Virus record (IMG/VR): IMGVR_UViG_3300028591_000083
Coordinates: 128,001 to 192,000 of that record
From: a virus
Taxonomy: Duplodnaviria; Caudoviricetes
Direction: 5' to 3' (one strand)
DNA length: 64,000 nt
In this document: piece after piece, positions 9,939 through 19,235 of the stretch
Position numbering within the stretch: the stretch's first letter is position 1
Layout: every line of letters starts with the position of its first letter
Notes under the pieces: generated by a model
Databases searched by the model: none
Told to the model about the DNA's origin: nothing
Seen by the model: the letters and a program-made list of their open reading frames with translations, nothing else
Position numbers and translations under genes: made by a program

Positions 9939-10762
9939 AGTTCGTACCTCATCTTATCAAAAATATCCTTATCACTTTCACCATTCATTTTCGGGTCAAT
10001 GCACATCAGGCTCCACACTTCCTTTGCAGTATAGTTGACAGGATACTGTTTCTTAAATCCTTCAACTCCATATCCGAAAATTACTTCATATTTATGTCCA
10101 TTAAGAGTAAATGTTACATCAAATCTGTGAACTTGATCTGTGGTTGTATAAGCATCTGGAATTTGCCACCAGTCCGTATTCTTATAAATACGTTCAAGTG
10201 TTTTAGATCTTCTCATGTTCTTAATAAAACGTGCATACTCTCTTTCAGAATAAGCACTCTTTCTCTCATTTTCCCAACCAATACATTTTTTATAATGCTC
10301 CCATGCTGTCATGTATTTATCTGGCTCATACTCAAACTGAGTTCCACAATCACTGAAATAGTAAGAATCATCCAAAAGACTAATCTTAATATCAATTCCG
10401 CAATTAAATGGATTCAACAGTTTCTCATGTGTTAATGTAGAATAAGTAATATTTTTGTTATCCGGATATGTGTCATTCGCAATACCACACAAAATAGTGC
10501 CGAGAATTTTAGTTCCTTTAACGATCATAATATGTGTTTTATAAAAGCACAACATAAGATCAGTATCGCCAACGTAGGCAAAGAAATCATCCTTAATAAA
10601 TTTCTTATTTCCGTAAAAGTCAAACGCACAATCAACAGGGTCTACACCCATATCAGATTTTTCCATAAACATATGATTGTTCGTGCAATCAATAAGTTTT
10701 CCATCTCTCAAAAGAATGTATCCATAATCTCTCATTGCCATAATTCTATACCTCACTTCCAA
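9935..10762 (-). CDS. hypothetical protein
   Basis: 275-aa ORF, co-oriented. Confidence 0.55.
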   Translation of the reverse strand: MEVRYRIMAMRDYGYILLRDGKLIDCTNNHMFMEKSDMGVDPVDCAFDFYGNKKFIKDDFFAYVGDTDLMLCFYKTHIMIVKGTKILGTILCGIANDTYPDNKNITYSTLTHEKLLNPFNCGIDIKISLLDDSYYFSDCGTQFEYEPDKYMTAWEHYKKCIGWENERKSAYSEREYARFIKNMRRSKTLERIYKNTDWWQIPDAYTTTDQVHRFDVTFTLNGHKYEVIFGYGVEGFKKQYPVNYTAKEVWSLMCIDPKMNGESDKDIFDKMRYEL

Positions 10763-11019
10763 GCATCTTTCTAAGAGCTACATTTTCTTCAAGCAGTGCA
10801 AAGTTCTTATAAAAAACATCCATTGTTTCTTTTGGAAACTTCCAAAGTCTAGTTGCTGTGATATGAAGATTGTCTTTTATTCCGTTCTTTTCGAGTTCAA
10901 ACTTCAATCCGGAAGTATTCATATTCAGCAATTTACCGGAGAATCCATGTTCTTATAGGTATTTAATTACAAACATATCAAGTTTGCAAAACTCTTTCTT
11001 TCCTTCATACTTTGAAATA

Positions 11020-11421
11020 TCAATCATTTTTATTTCCTCCTACAATCAACATATCAAATGGAGCCTCATCCTTCTTATGCGAGGGTAAGAAATTTAAACT
11101 AAATGCGCACACATATTTAACAATTTCTGCATTTGTGTCAATATCACACAAAGGTTCAACGTAGGCTGCCTTATCGAGAATAGTAAGAACTTCACACCAC
11201 GCGCTGTCAAACACGGTACATAATACTGTTTGCTCTGTATCTTTTCCAATATTAAAATCTGAAATATAACCGATTCTACGATTATCAGCATATAAGAACA
11301 CATTTCCTTTATTATATTCGGCAGTCTCAATGAAATTTTCAACCGCTTTTTCAACACCTAAATATTCAGGATAAGTCAATTTCAATCTGAATGTTTGAGT
11401 ATCTTTTTTGTATGTATTCAT
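11020..11421 (-). CDS. hypothetical protein
   Basis: GGAGG RBS after promoter. Confidence 0.55.
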   Translation of the reverse strand: MNTYKKDTQTFRLKLTYPEYLGVEKAVENFIETAEYNKGNVFLYADNRRIGYISDFNIGKDTEQTVLCTVFDSAWCEVLTILDKAAYVEPLCDIDTNAEIVKYVCAFSLNFLPSHKKDEAPFDMLIVGGNKND

Positions 11422-11456
11422 TTTAATCCTCCAAACATAGAGTATTTACCTTACAA

Positions 11457-11490
11457 ATATAGTATAACACATACTGTGGCGTTTGTCAAG
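11457..11490 (-). promoter_or_regulatory. sigmaA-type promoter
   Basis: TTGACA-N17-TATACT. Confidence 0.85.
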
Positions 11491-11507
11491 TGGTTGTGCA
11501 AAATAAA

Positions 11508-11551
11508 AATAACCAAAACTCAGTAAATGATTTGTTTGAGTTTTGGTTATT
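11508..11551 (-). terminator. intrinsic terminator of the DNA-modification operon
   Basis: 15-bp inverted repeat AATAACCAAAACTCA/TGAGTTTTGGTTATT followed by a U-tract on the minus strand. Confidence 0.75.
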
Positions 11552-11559
11552 ATGATTTA

Positions 11560-12453
11560 TTAAAATAACTTATTAGCACTTACTGTCTTAGTTTTGCTTT
11601 TCTCTGTCTTATAATTTATAATCAATACTTCATTAGTTTCACAATATCTGTCTTTCAGATTATAACTTGCAGCAGAATAATCAGTGTCGATATTCACAAT
11701 ATTGTATTTTTGCGCCCACCGTATTAGATTGTCATTCTTCATTCCTTTATGCTCTGTTACATTAGATAATGAAAATAGAATTCCTTTATCGTTTAGCGAA
11801 TCAAGCAACTGAAATAAATCAATGTCATCTTTGTCAGACCAACCATTGAATCCGCGCTTTCCGTCATTGTAAGATGCTGTTGATATTGAATATGGCGGAT
11901 CACAATAAACAAAATCTCCGGCAGATAAAATAGAGAAATCGAATGATCTGAAATCAACTGATGAAAACATAAAGTTCTTTGAATGTAAAGCATTGCAGAA
12001 TCGAATCAAGTTACTCTTTATATTCTCATTATATCTGCGCATTCCAAAAGAAGTATTGAACTCATGTTTACTGTTGAACCGTATTTGATGATTATATGAA
12101 AAACAAGTCAGTACAAATAAATCAATATTATTTCTAGTTCTGTTATATTCTTCTCTCAGTCTAAAATAAGAGTCTTTGTTATCGTTCGATAACCTATATT
12201 CAGCAATTCTTTCCTCAATTCGTTTGATCAGTTCATCTGTATCTATGCTTTGAAAATATTTATATAAATCAATTATATAAGAAATCTGATCATTTGCATA
12301 TATTGTATCTGCATTCACGTTGATTCCTACATTCAATCCGCCGCAAAATAGGTCAAAGAATTTTCCAATCTTATTTGGAAATACAGGAATAATTGAATCA
12401 AGTAATTTATATTTACCGCCGATATAATTCAATGGGCTTCTTATATAATTCAA
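11560..12453 (-). CDS. dam: Dam-family (D12) DNA adenine methyltransferase
   Basis: SPLNYIGGK, DLFCGG, RFN..EFN..FG, YCDPPY, EVLI.NY. Confidence 0.9.
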   Translation of the reverse strand: MNYIRSPLNYIGGKYKLLDSIIPVFPNKIGKFFDLFCGGLNVGINVNADTIYANDQISYIIDLYKYFQSIDTDELIKRIEERIAEYRLSNDNKDSYFRLREEYNRTRNNIDLFVLTCFSYNHQIRFNSKHEFNTSFGMRRYNENIKSNLIRFCNALHSKNFMFSSVDFRSFDFSILSAGDFVYCDPPYSISTASYNDGKRGFNGWSDKDDIDLFQLLDSLNDKGILFSLSNVTEHKGMKNDNLIRWAQKYNIVNIDTDYSAASYNLKDRYCETNEVLIINYKTEKSKTKTVSANKLF

Positions 12454-12465
12454 AGCATATTCACC

Positions 12466-13506
12466 TCAAAATAGTTTATTTTGTTTATTTGTAGTTTCTT
12501 TTAACTGCGGTTTCTTTAACTTAGATTCAACCAAATGAGCTTTATCTCTCTTAGCAAATTCAATTCTTCTTTCTGCAATATCACAATATTCTTTATTTAA
12601 CTCAATTCCTATAAAGCTGTAATTTGCATCACGATCATTGTTCTCGTAAGCAACAGCTTTTCCTGTGGAACCGCTACCCATAAACGGATCAAGTATTGTT
12701 TCTCCCTTTGGTGTTACAAGTCTTACTAAATATTGCATTAAGGAAGTTGGTTTTACGGTTGGATGAAAATTTTTATGCGGTGCTTTTTCACTTCCAAATT
12801 TCCCAGAGCAACTATTAACATCATCTACATAATCACCAATTCCTCCGCCACCTCCTACAGTTTGCTTTGTAGGTAGATCATCTAATCCCTCATCACGATC
12901 ACGCTTTGATGCCTTTGCACAATAAAAATATCTTGATGCTGACCCTGTGTCATTATAATTTGACGGTGCTTTCGGTTTATCACCATTAAACATTGATGTT
13001 TATTTATTATGATATTCTTTGCCAGAATAACTATACGGATTTCCACAATTTCCACTTCCGCTTATTGGAAATCCACCACAAACTTCATCAAAATCATCTT
13101 CATCGTATGTTAAAATCACATTAGCAGGAAATCTCCCATTATTGTTTATGTTCATTTCACCTTTATCTTTTTTAAGAACATATGAGGATGCATCTGTATC
13201 TGCGCCATGTTCTATCCTATATCCATTTATTTTTCTATAAAGTGGATTAGTTGCCGGATTCTTAGTATCTTCAAATGGTACTCTGCACTCATCTATATTT
13301 ATTCCACCAACTCCATACTTCAATACATTATCAACACAAGAACCATTGAAAGGTTTACGGGCTACTATTATAGGCTCGTAAGCTGGTTTAAGCTGTGTAC
13401 CAATCTGTTGAAGTTCGTTTATACAGTCAGGAATTATAAACTTACCGTCATCATCTTGTATTATTGAAATGATATTACCATTAACATTTACTTGATATTC
13501 TTTCAT
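12466..13506 (-). pseudogene. C-terminal part of an N4/N6 (beta-class) DNA methyltransferase, interrupted by one in-frame TAA at 13000-13002
   Basis: LKPAYEPI.VARKP, GRFPANVI, then in frame ...HNK*TSMFNG...SASRYF, HPTVKP, LDPFMGSGST. Confidence 0.75.
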
Positions 13507-14068
13507 AATCCTCTAAAACCTTTCGTAATTCATCAACTGTGGCATCTGCTTTAATTCGATTTGCCCTATTGCTAATAATTCTTATATTCCCTTTAACATA
13601 TCCTTTTGTACTATCAATTCTATCAACTGACGGACTATTATCTGTTGGTGCATGAACACCATCGTTTGAAATTATAGGTATTCCTAAAACGGGGCAAATA
13701 TCTGGTATTTGTGGTATATCATCAAGGGTTAAATTAAATTCAATCCCCTTCTGCTTCGCTCGTTTCTTTATAGAACACAGCATCTTATATCTTTTATTAG
13801 ATTTATTATGTAATTCTTCATACTGCCGATTACTCTCGGTTAGACATTTAAGCGAGCAGTAGTGATTGGCACTTCTGTTGTAATGTGTTTTTCCTCCTTT
13901 ATAAACATATGGTTTACCACAATAATCACATAATCTTGTGTGTGATTCTATAAATTGTTGTTTTGCGTATTTATAATAATGGTCTTTGCAGCAAAAATTA
14001 TGTTTCTTAATAATATATTGTTTAATTTCAAACTCCTTATTACAATAAGCACATTTTACTCTTTCCAT
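13481..14068 (-). mobile_element. free-standing HNH homing endonuclease with N-terminal zinc fingers
   Basis: CAYC..FCC, CDYC..YCS repeats; CPVLG...SVDRIDSTKGYVKGNIRIISNRANRIK. Confidence 0.85.
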
Positions 14069-14445
14069 TGAATATCTGTAACTCCCTGTTCTCTTAATTG
14101 CTCTTCTATATTTTTTAATACCTTATTGCCTATATTCATAGACTTAGGAAAACCTGAACCAAATAAATACATAATAGTATCTCTTATTTCAAATCCTGCG
14201 TCTTCAATAGCACAAGCAATCCTATGTTGAGTTCTTGGTGCTGCGAAAGATAGAAGATATCCACCCGGTTTTAATACTCGTAAACACTTCTTCCATGTTT
14301 CAACTGAAAAAGCTACTCCACGATTATCCCAATCATTTCCCATAAAATTTATCTCATAAGGAGGATCAGTTACAATACTTCCGATACTGTTTTCTTCTAG
14401 TTTATCTAATTCTTCTAACATATCTCCATTTATCAACTTAATCAT
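14056..14445 (-). CDS. N-terminal part of the split N4/N6 DNA methyltransferase
   Basis: VTDPPY, RVLKPGG, AIEDAGFEIRD, GSGFPKS. Confidence 0.85.
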   Translation of the reverse strand: MIKLINGDMLEELDKLEENSIGSIVTDPPYEINFMGNDWDNRGVAFSVETWKKCLRVLKPGGYLLSFAAPRTQHRIACAIEDAGFEIRDTIMYLFGSGFPKSMNIGNKVLKNIEEQLREQGVTDIQWKE

Positions 14446-14454
14446 CTTGTCACC

Positions 14455-15069
14455 TCAAAATAGTTTATTTTGTAATGTATTCTGTAATCTCTCTCTTGCA
14501 AGATTGTAGTATCGCTCGTTGATCTCGAAACCAAGATATTGACATCCAAACAACTTACACGCAACAAGAGATGATCCACTTCCAACATGAGTATCAAGAA
14601 TCTTCATATCTTTTGTTGCGAATGTGTTTAATAAATATGAATATAGCTCTACTGGTTTTTGAGTTGGATGAATTTTCTTTGTAGTTCTATTATCAAATCT
14701 AAATAGTTTAGCCGGTTTGTCATAAGAAGTCCACGCTAATTCTATTTGTGAAAAATTATCCCACGGCTGAACTTTATCCCAACAGACTATACACCTTGTC
14801 GGCGGAAGGTTGAAATAATTTCCGCCCCATATAATTTGATTTTTACTGACTCTAAATAATTCATCAAAATATTCCTGAGTAGGAGCGACATCCCATTCAT
14901 GAATACAGTCTGAATTGATGATTCTATTCTTTAATTTTCCTCTACAATGTGTTGAAGATTTGTCTAATCCATACGGAGGATCAACAATAGCAATATCAAA
15001 ATATTTATCTGGAATTTCTTTTAATGCTTCCATACAGTCTATGTTGTATAAATCATTTAGTTTATACAT
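14455..15069 (-). CDS. N4/N6 DNA methyltransferase
   Basis: IVDPPY, IWGGNYF, ELAWTS, HPTQKP, LDTHVGSGSS. Confidence 0.9.
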   Translation of the reverse strand: MYKLNDLYNIDCMEALKEIPDKYFDIAIVDPPYGLDKSSTHCRGKLKNRIINSDCIHEWDVAPTQEYFDELFRVSKNQIIWGGNYFNLPPTRCIVCWDKVQPWDNFSQIELAWTSYDKPAKLFRFDNRTTKKIHPTQKPVELYSYLLNTFATKDMKILDTHVGSGSSLVACKLFGCQYLGFEINERYYNLARERLQNTLQNKLF

Positions 15070-15078
15070 CTTATCACC

Positions 15079-15984
15079 TCAAAATAATTTATTCTTTTGC
15101 TCAATAATATATTCATTCAACCGATCATTGGATAAGTTGAAGTAATCTTCATCTAACTCAAATCCTATAAATCCTCTTTCATTTCTATATGCTGAAAGCA
15201 TAGTTAAACCAGAGCCGGAAAATGGATCAAGAATTAGATCGCCTTTATTACTGCTTGCAAGTATCAATCTATCAATCAGCTTTTGTGGCTTCTGTGTTGG
15301 ATGATATCTTTTTTCTTCATAGAAATTTATATCTCTCCAAACATCTGTAATTCCTAGCTGTGCGTTATATGTTTGTGATATCTTTTTATACTGCATATTA
15401 AACTGCAAAATCTCCTGTAGCTTGTTCCACAACTCTTCCGTTGGTATCTGTTTGCATACATTATCTCCTGTATAAATGCTCCACATACCGCCGCCATTAG
15501 ATTTTACACCTAATTTTTCGTTAATCTCTTTTGCGCTTAATCCAATCTCTTTTTGACGTTGTTTCAAGAATTCCTTAACAAATTGCTTTGAATCTTTTAT
15601 AAGAAACAATATGCTCTCTGTTACGTTCGGAAACATTTTATAGTTCTTTGTAGCTCTACCTGAAACAGACTTAATTCCTTTATCAATTATAATTTGCTGT
15701 CTTAATTCAAATCCAAATCTCTCCAATATTGGAAGTAGTTTACACAACATTCTAAAATATCCGAATAAATACATCGTTCCGCATTTTCTGAGAACTCTAT
15801 TTACTTCTGAAATCCATTTTTCAGACCATTCTAAATAGTCTAATTCTGTGCGCCAAATATAATCCCATTTCTCATCAATTACCTTAAAATACGGAGGATC
15901 TGAAATTATAAGATCAACAGATTCATTTTCAATATGATTTTTAATTCCTGTAATGCAGTCTTCTTTGAACAATTTTACAGACAT
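15079..15984 (-). CDS. N4/N6 DNA methyltransferase with internal HTH-like insertion
   Basis: SDPPY, HPTQKP, LDPFSGSG; insert FLKQRQKEIGLSAKEINEKLG. Confidence 0.88.
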   Translation of the reverse strand: MSVKLFKEDCITGIKNHIENESVDLIISDPPYFKVIDEKWDYIWRTELDYLEWSEKWISEVNRVLRKCGTMYLFGYFRMLCKLLPILERFGFELRQQIIIDKGIKSVSGRATKNYKMFPNVTESILFLIKDSKQFVKEFLKQRQKEIGLSAKEINEKLGVKSNGGGMWSIYTGDNVCKQIPTEELWNKLQEILQFNMQYKKISQTYNAQLGITDVWRDINFYEEKRYHPTQKPQKLIDRLILASSNKGDLILDPFSGSGLTMLSAYRNERGFIGFELDEDYFNLSNDRLNEYIIEQKNKLF

Positions 15985-15986
15985 AA

Positions 15987-16913
15987 TTATTTTCCTCTTT
16001 CTTTTGGATATGAATATGTTTTATTCTTTTCTTCAAACTCTTTTCTCAAACGCCTAGTCTCTAACTTCGATGCTCCAAGAACGTACACATATTTATGTTT
16101 TGGCGGGATATTCACTTTCTCTGATTTAGATTGCATCTTCTTAGAATACTCACGCAACTGATTTTCAACATCATCAGGAATATTATTAAATATAACTTTA
16201 TCACCAATAGACCAATTAGACTGCCACTCAATTCCCAAATCCTGCGCGTATCTTTTATAATAACTTCTGCTCCTAAAAGTTCGATCAGATATCAATTTTC
16301 CGCTGTACGGAGATATGTATTTGAATTTAGCGCCGAAACTATTTCCAAGATAATAGAAATTCAATGACTGATAAATTGTTCCTAATTCCTTTGCAGACGG
16401 ATCAGAATAAGCCGAGAACAAACGATATTTAGTATTCTTTACCATCCAACGAATACACCAACTAACAAAAGCGCTTCCTAAACACTTAGGCGACCATGAT
16501 ATACAAGCACCTCTTGAAATAAGTATCTCGATATCTTTTGTATTTTCTCCAAGCATATTTGAATATGCTGTTGGATTTCCCATTGTTACTACTCCGGCTA
16601 GAATATTATTATAATATGCACCGAAATAATGAGTTGTATTTAACGCAATATCTCCTAACCATTCATGTCTTTTTATAAACTGCCTCGCACAAGCCTTATC
16701 AAAATCACTTGTAATCCGCCTAAACTCAAATTCTGATACTTTCAGATCTTCATAATTTATTTCGTCAGGCAACAGCTTCAAATCATCTAATAGATTATTC
16801 AATCTTATATCATATTGCCAGCAGTGCGTCTTGTTATACGATTGCATTCTTTCTTGTTGCATTTTTCTTGAATCTGAATAATCGTCTTGAAAAAGTTTTA
16901 TTCTGTTTGGCAT
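15987..16913 (-). CDS. mom: Mom-family (GNAT) adenine modification enzyme
   Basis: ARQFIKRHEWLG, FGAY...AGV, ISRGAC, SAYSDP..ELGTIYQSLNFYYLG, KHKYVY. Confidence 0.78.
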   Translation of the reverse strand: MPNRIKLFQDDYSDSRKMQQERMQSYNKTHCWQYDIRLNNLLDDLKLLPDEINYEDLKVSEFEFRRITSDFDKACARQFIKRHEWLGDIALNTTHYFGAYYNNILAGVVTMGNPTAYSNMLGENTKDIEILISRGACISWSPKCLGSAFVSWCIRWMVKNTKYRLFSAYSDPSAKELGTIYQSLNFYYLGNSFGAKFKYISPYSGKLISDRTFRSRSYYKRYAQDLGIEWQSNWSIGDKVIFNNIPDDVENQLREYSKKMQSKSEKVNIPPKHKYVYVLGASKLETRRLRKEFEEKNKTYSYPKERGK

Positions 16914-16920
16914 ATTTACC

Positions 16921-18135
16921 TCAAAATAATTTCTTCTTTCTACTATTTTCTTTTATAGTAGCTTCTACTCTTTGTTTTCCTACTGCGCAATATGGATTTT
17001 CTTCTGAATTGCATAATTCTACATCTATATATCTTAAAGAATATCCACTTTCATAATTTAATTTTTCACAAGCTACAGCATGAGTACAACTTCCGGCTGT
17101 TATATCAATAGTAAGTCCTTCTTTCGGCGTAATTAGTTTAATTAACCAAGAAATTAGATCTATTGGTTTTAGAGTTACATGAGGATTTCTTTTACCGTTT
17201 GGAAGTAGTCTTTCTGACGGACTTACTTTAGGACAGTATTTGAAAACAGGAAATAATCTTGAACCGCCACCTGAATCTCCATATCCGCCAAGAGAATCAT
17301 TCTTATAGTTATCGTTGGTTTCTTGATTGAACGCTCCGTAAATATGTCTTGCACGACATACTGTAGATGCTTTACCAGAACAACCTGTTGATTTTGTAAC
17401 TCCTGTTTGCCTATCAACTTCATCTGTGATATTGTCAGCTAAAACAATATTCGGCGGAAATCTACCGGCTTCATTTGCAGGAACCGCAATGTCTTGAGCA
17501 TAAGCTCCATAAACTTTATCTTCTTTATTTGAATAATTAGTAGTTGGATTCTTAGAAGCCTTTGCATTTAACATATCAATATCTTCTTTTGAAATAGGAA
17601 CTCTACAAGCTCCTATATTCATTCCGCCAACTCCGTACTTTTCAATATTCTCAATATATGTTCCTTCTAATGGTTTTTGAAAGATTGTTATTGTTTCGTG
17701 TGCTGGTTTTAGCCCTGCTGTTTTCCAATCATTCCATTTTTCTGAAAATTCTGAACTGCTGACCCCATTCTTTCGATCATACATTTTTCCGATATCTTGA
17801 TTTGACGGCATACCGCTGCAATAGATCCAATCAACTTCTTCAACAATAGTAAATCCAGAATCTTCAAAAGCAGATTTCATTCTATGATTAGTTTTAGGAC
17901 TTCCAAAGATAGCTGCATATGATCCATGTTTCATAATTCTGATAAGTTCTTTTGCTCGTTCTTCGCACCACCCATAGAAGTTCTTACTGGAATCCCAATT
18001 TTTTCCCATAAAATCAATAGCGTAAGGAAAATCAGATATGCATGAATCAATAGAATTATCTTCTACTGATTTCATCCATTCTATATTATCTGCGTTTATA
18101 ATTTTGCCGGATTTAGATTCATAAATTATTTCCAT
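16921..18135 (-). CDS. divergent N4/N6 DNA methyltransferase
   Basis: SDFPY, LKPAHETI, GRFPPN, HVTLKP, DITAGSCT. Confidence 0.8.
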   Translation of the reverse strand: MEIIYESKSGKIINADNIEWMKSVEDNSIDSCISDFPYAIDFMGKNWDSSKNFYGWCEERAKELIRIMKHGSYAAIFGSPKTNHRMKSAFEDSGFTIVEEVDWIYCSGMPSNQDIGKMYDRKNGVSSSEFSEKWNDWKTAGLKPAHETITIFQKPLEGTYIENIEKYGVGGMNIGACRVPISKEDIDMLNAKASKNPTTNYSNKEDKVYGAYAQDIAVPANEAGRFPPNIVLADNITDEVDRQTGVTKSTGCSGKASTVCRARHIYGAFNQETNDNYKNDSLGGYGDSGGGSRLFPVFKYCPKVSPSERLLPNGKRNPHVTLKPIDLISWLIKLITPKEGLTIDITAGSCTHAVACEKLNYESGYSLRYIDVELCNSEENPYCAVGKQRVEATIKENSRKKKLF

Positions 18136-18173
18136 TATTAACTATTTCCTTTCTACTGAAAGTAATTCTTTAT

Positions 18174-18214
18174 TTTATTATAACACAAACCGCCTGAAAT
18201 GTCAAGCGGTTTGT
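18174..18214 (-). promoter_or_regulatory. sigmaA promoter of the modification operon, overlapping a hairpin
   Basis: TTGACA-N17-TATAAT; arms ACAAACCGC/GCGGTTTGT. Confidence 0.8.
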
Positions 18215-18222
18215 AGTTATTT

Positions 18223-18684
18223 TTAAGTTACGTTTTTCAGAAGTTCATCAATCTTATCATAGGCTTCGCCGCTGTCAATAATTCCTACTGTTGAAAGATT
18301 ATCTGCTAGCCATGAGAAATAAGCAATGCATAAAGTATCTAGTTCTTCTTTAATAGTCATAATGTCTTTCGTGTTTTTGAAATTCTCTTTTCTGCAAACA
18401 TTTCTAACTGAAATTGTAATCCAGTTATCATCTGTTACTCTATCTTGTCTTTTTCCATATGTTGCATCATAGATGAACTTCTTTTTAGGCAACCTCTTAT
18501 TTCCTTTCTGAATATCAATGTCAGAAAGAAACGATACAATTTCCTGTTTCCAGTGATTTCGAGCCGAATTATTCTTATCCAATACAAGGTAAAGTAAATG
18601 TTCAATTATCTTTACAGTTCTTGCTTTGAGATCACGCTCAATTTCTTTTCTCTGCTCTACGAATTCAAACAATCTGATAACCAT
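18223..18684 (-). CDS. DUF29-like helical protein, paralog 1 (start revised to MVIRLFE)
   Basis: IIEHLL...NHWKQEI..F...LP...IYD.TYG...CRKEN...YFSWL. Confidence 0.65.
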   Translation of the reverse strand: MVIRLFEFVEQRKEIERDLKARTVKIIEHLLYLVLDKNNSARNHWKQEIVSFLSDIDIQKGNKRLPKKKFIYDATYGKRQDRVTDDNWITISVRNVCRKENFKNTKDIMTIKEELDTLCIAYFSWLADNLSTVGIIDSGEAYDKIDELLKNVT

Positions 18685-18715
18685 AGCACATTCCCTCCAA
18701 TAGATTCTTACTAAA

Positions 18716-18747
18716 TATAGTATAACATACAAATACTAAAATGTCAA
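18716..18747 (-). promoter_or_regulatory. sigmaA-type promoter
   Basis: TTGACA-N17-TATACT. Confidence 0.8.
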
Positions 18748-18771
18748 TATCTTTTAAGAAATGAATATGTT

Positions 18772-19218
18772 TTAACTATATCTATTCACAACACATCCAG
18801 TAGGGAATGAAGAATCTTGATATACACAATCATCAGCAATAGTTACAGAAGTTAATCCTGTATCCAAGAAAGATAGATAATCTATATATTTTACTGATGG
18901 TGGTATTGTTACTGATGTTAGATTTGTTAGTCCTCTACAAGCCGCCGGAGTTGTAATGTGATTTGTTATTTGTGAGGAAACAGGACAACCATAATAATTC
19001 TTAACATTTAGAGTTGTCCAAAATTTAATTCCAGAAACATTTAAGCTATCAATAGGAACTAAACCATTAACACATACATATGTTCCACGGAGATTCCAAA
19101 CAAATTTAATTCCGGTAGTATTAATAGTATCTACTATATCTGATGTTAGTTGAGTTGGATATGGAAGTCCTGATAGTATGACATCTACTGATTTCCAATG
19201 TGTTTGTGTCCATGACAT
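18772..19218 (-). CDS. protein with BspA-type leucine-rich repeats
   Basis: ACRGLTNLTSVTIPPSVKYIDYLSF..TGLTSVTI. Confidence 0.7.
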   Translation of the reverse strand: MSWTQTHWKSVDVILSGLPYPTQLTSDIVDTINTTGIKFVWNLRGTYVCVNGLVPIDSLNVSGIKFWTTLNVKNYYGCPVSSQITNHITTPAACRGLTNLTSVTIPPSVKYIDYLSFLDTGLTSVTIADDCVYQDSSFPTGCVVNRYS

Positions 19219-19235
19219 GATTAGATCACCTCACC

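Noticed and set aside
13000-13002. Genome-wide stop-codon reassignment
   Set aside because: Other genes are intact in the standard code, TAA/TAG/TGA all terminate conserved genes, and no suppressor tRNA was seen.
13481-14068. Group I intron around the HNH gene
   Set aside because: The ORF overlaps both flanking coding parts; no non-coding space or recognisable core elements.
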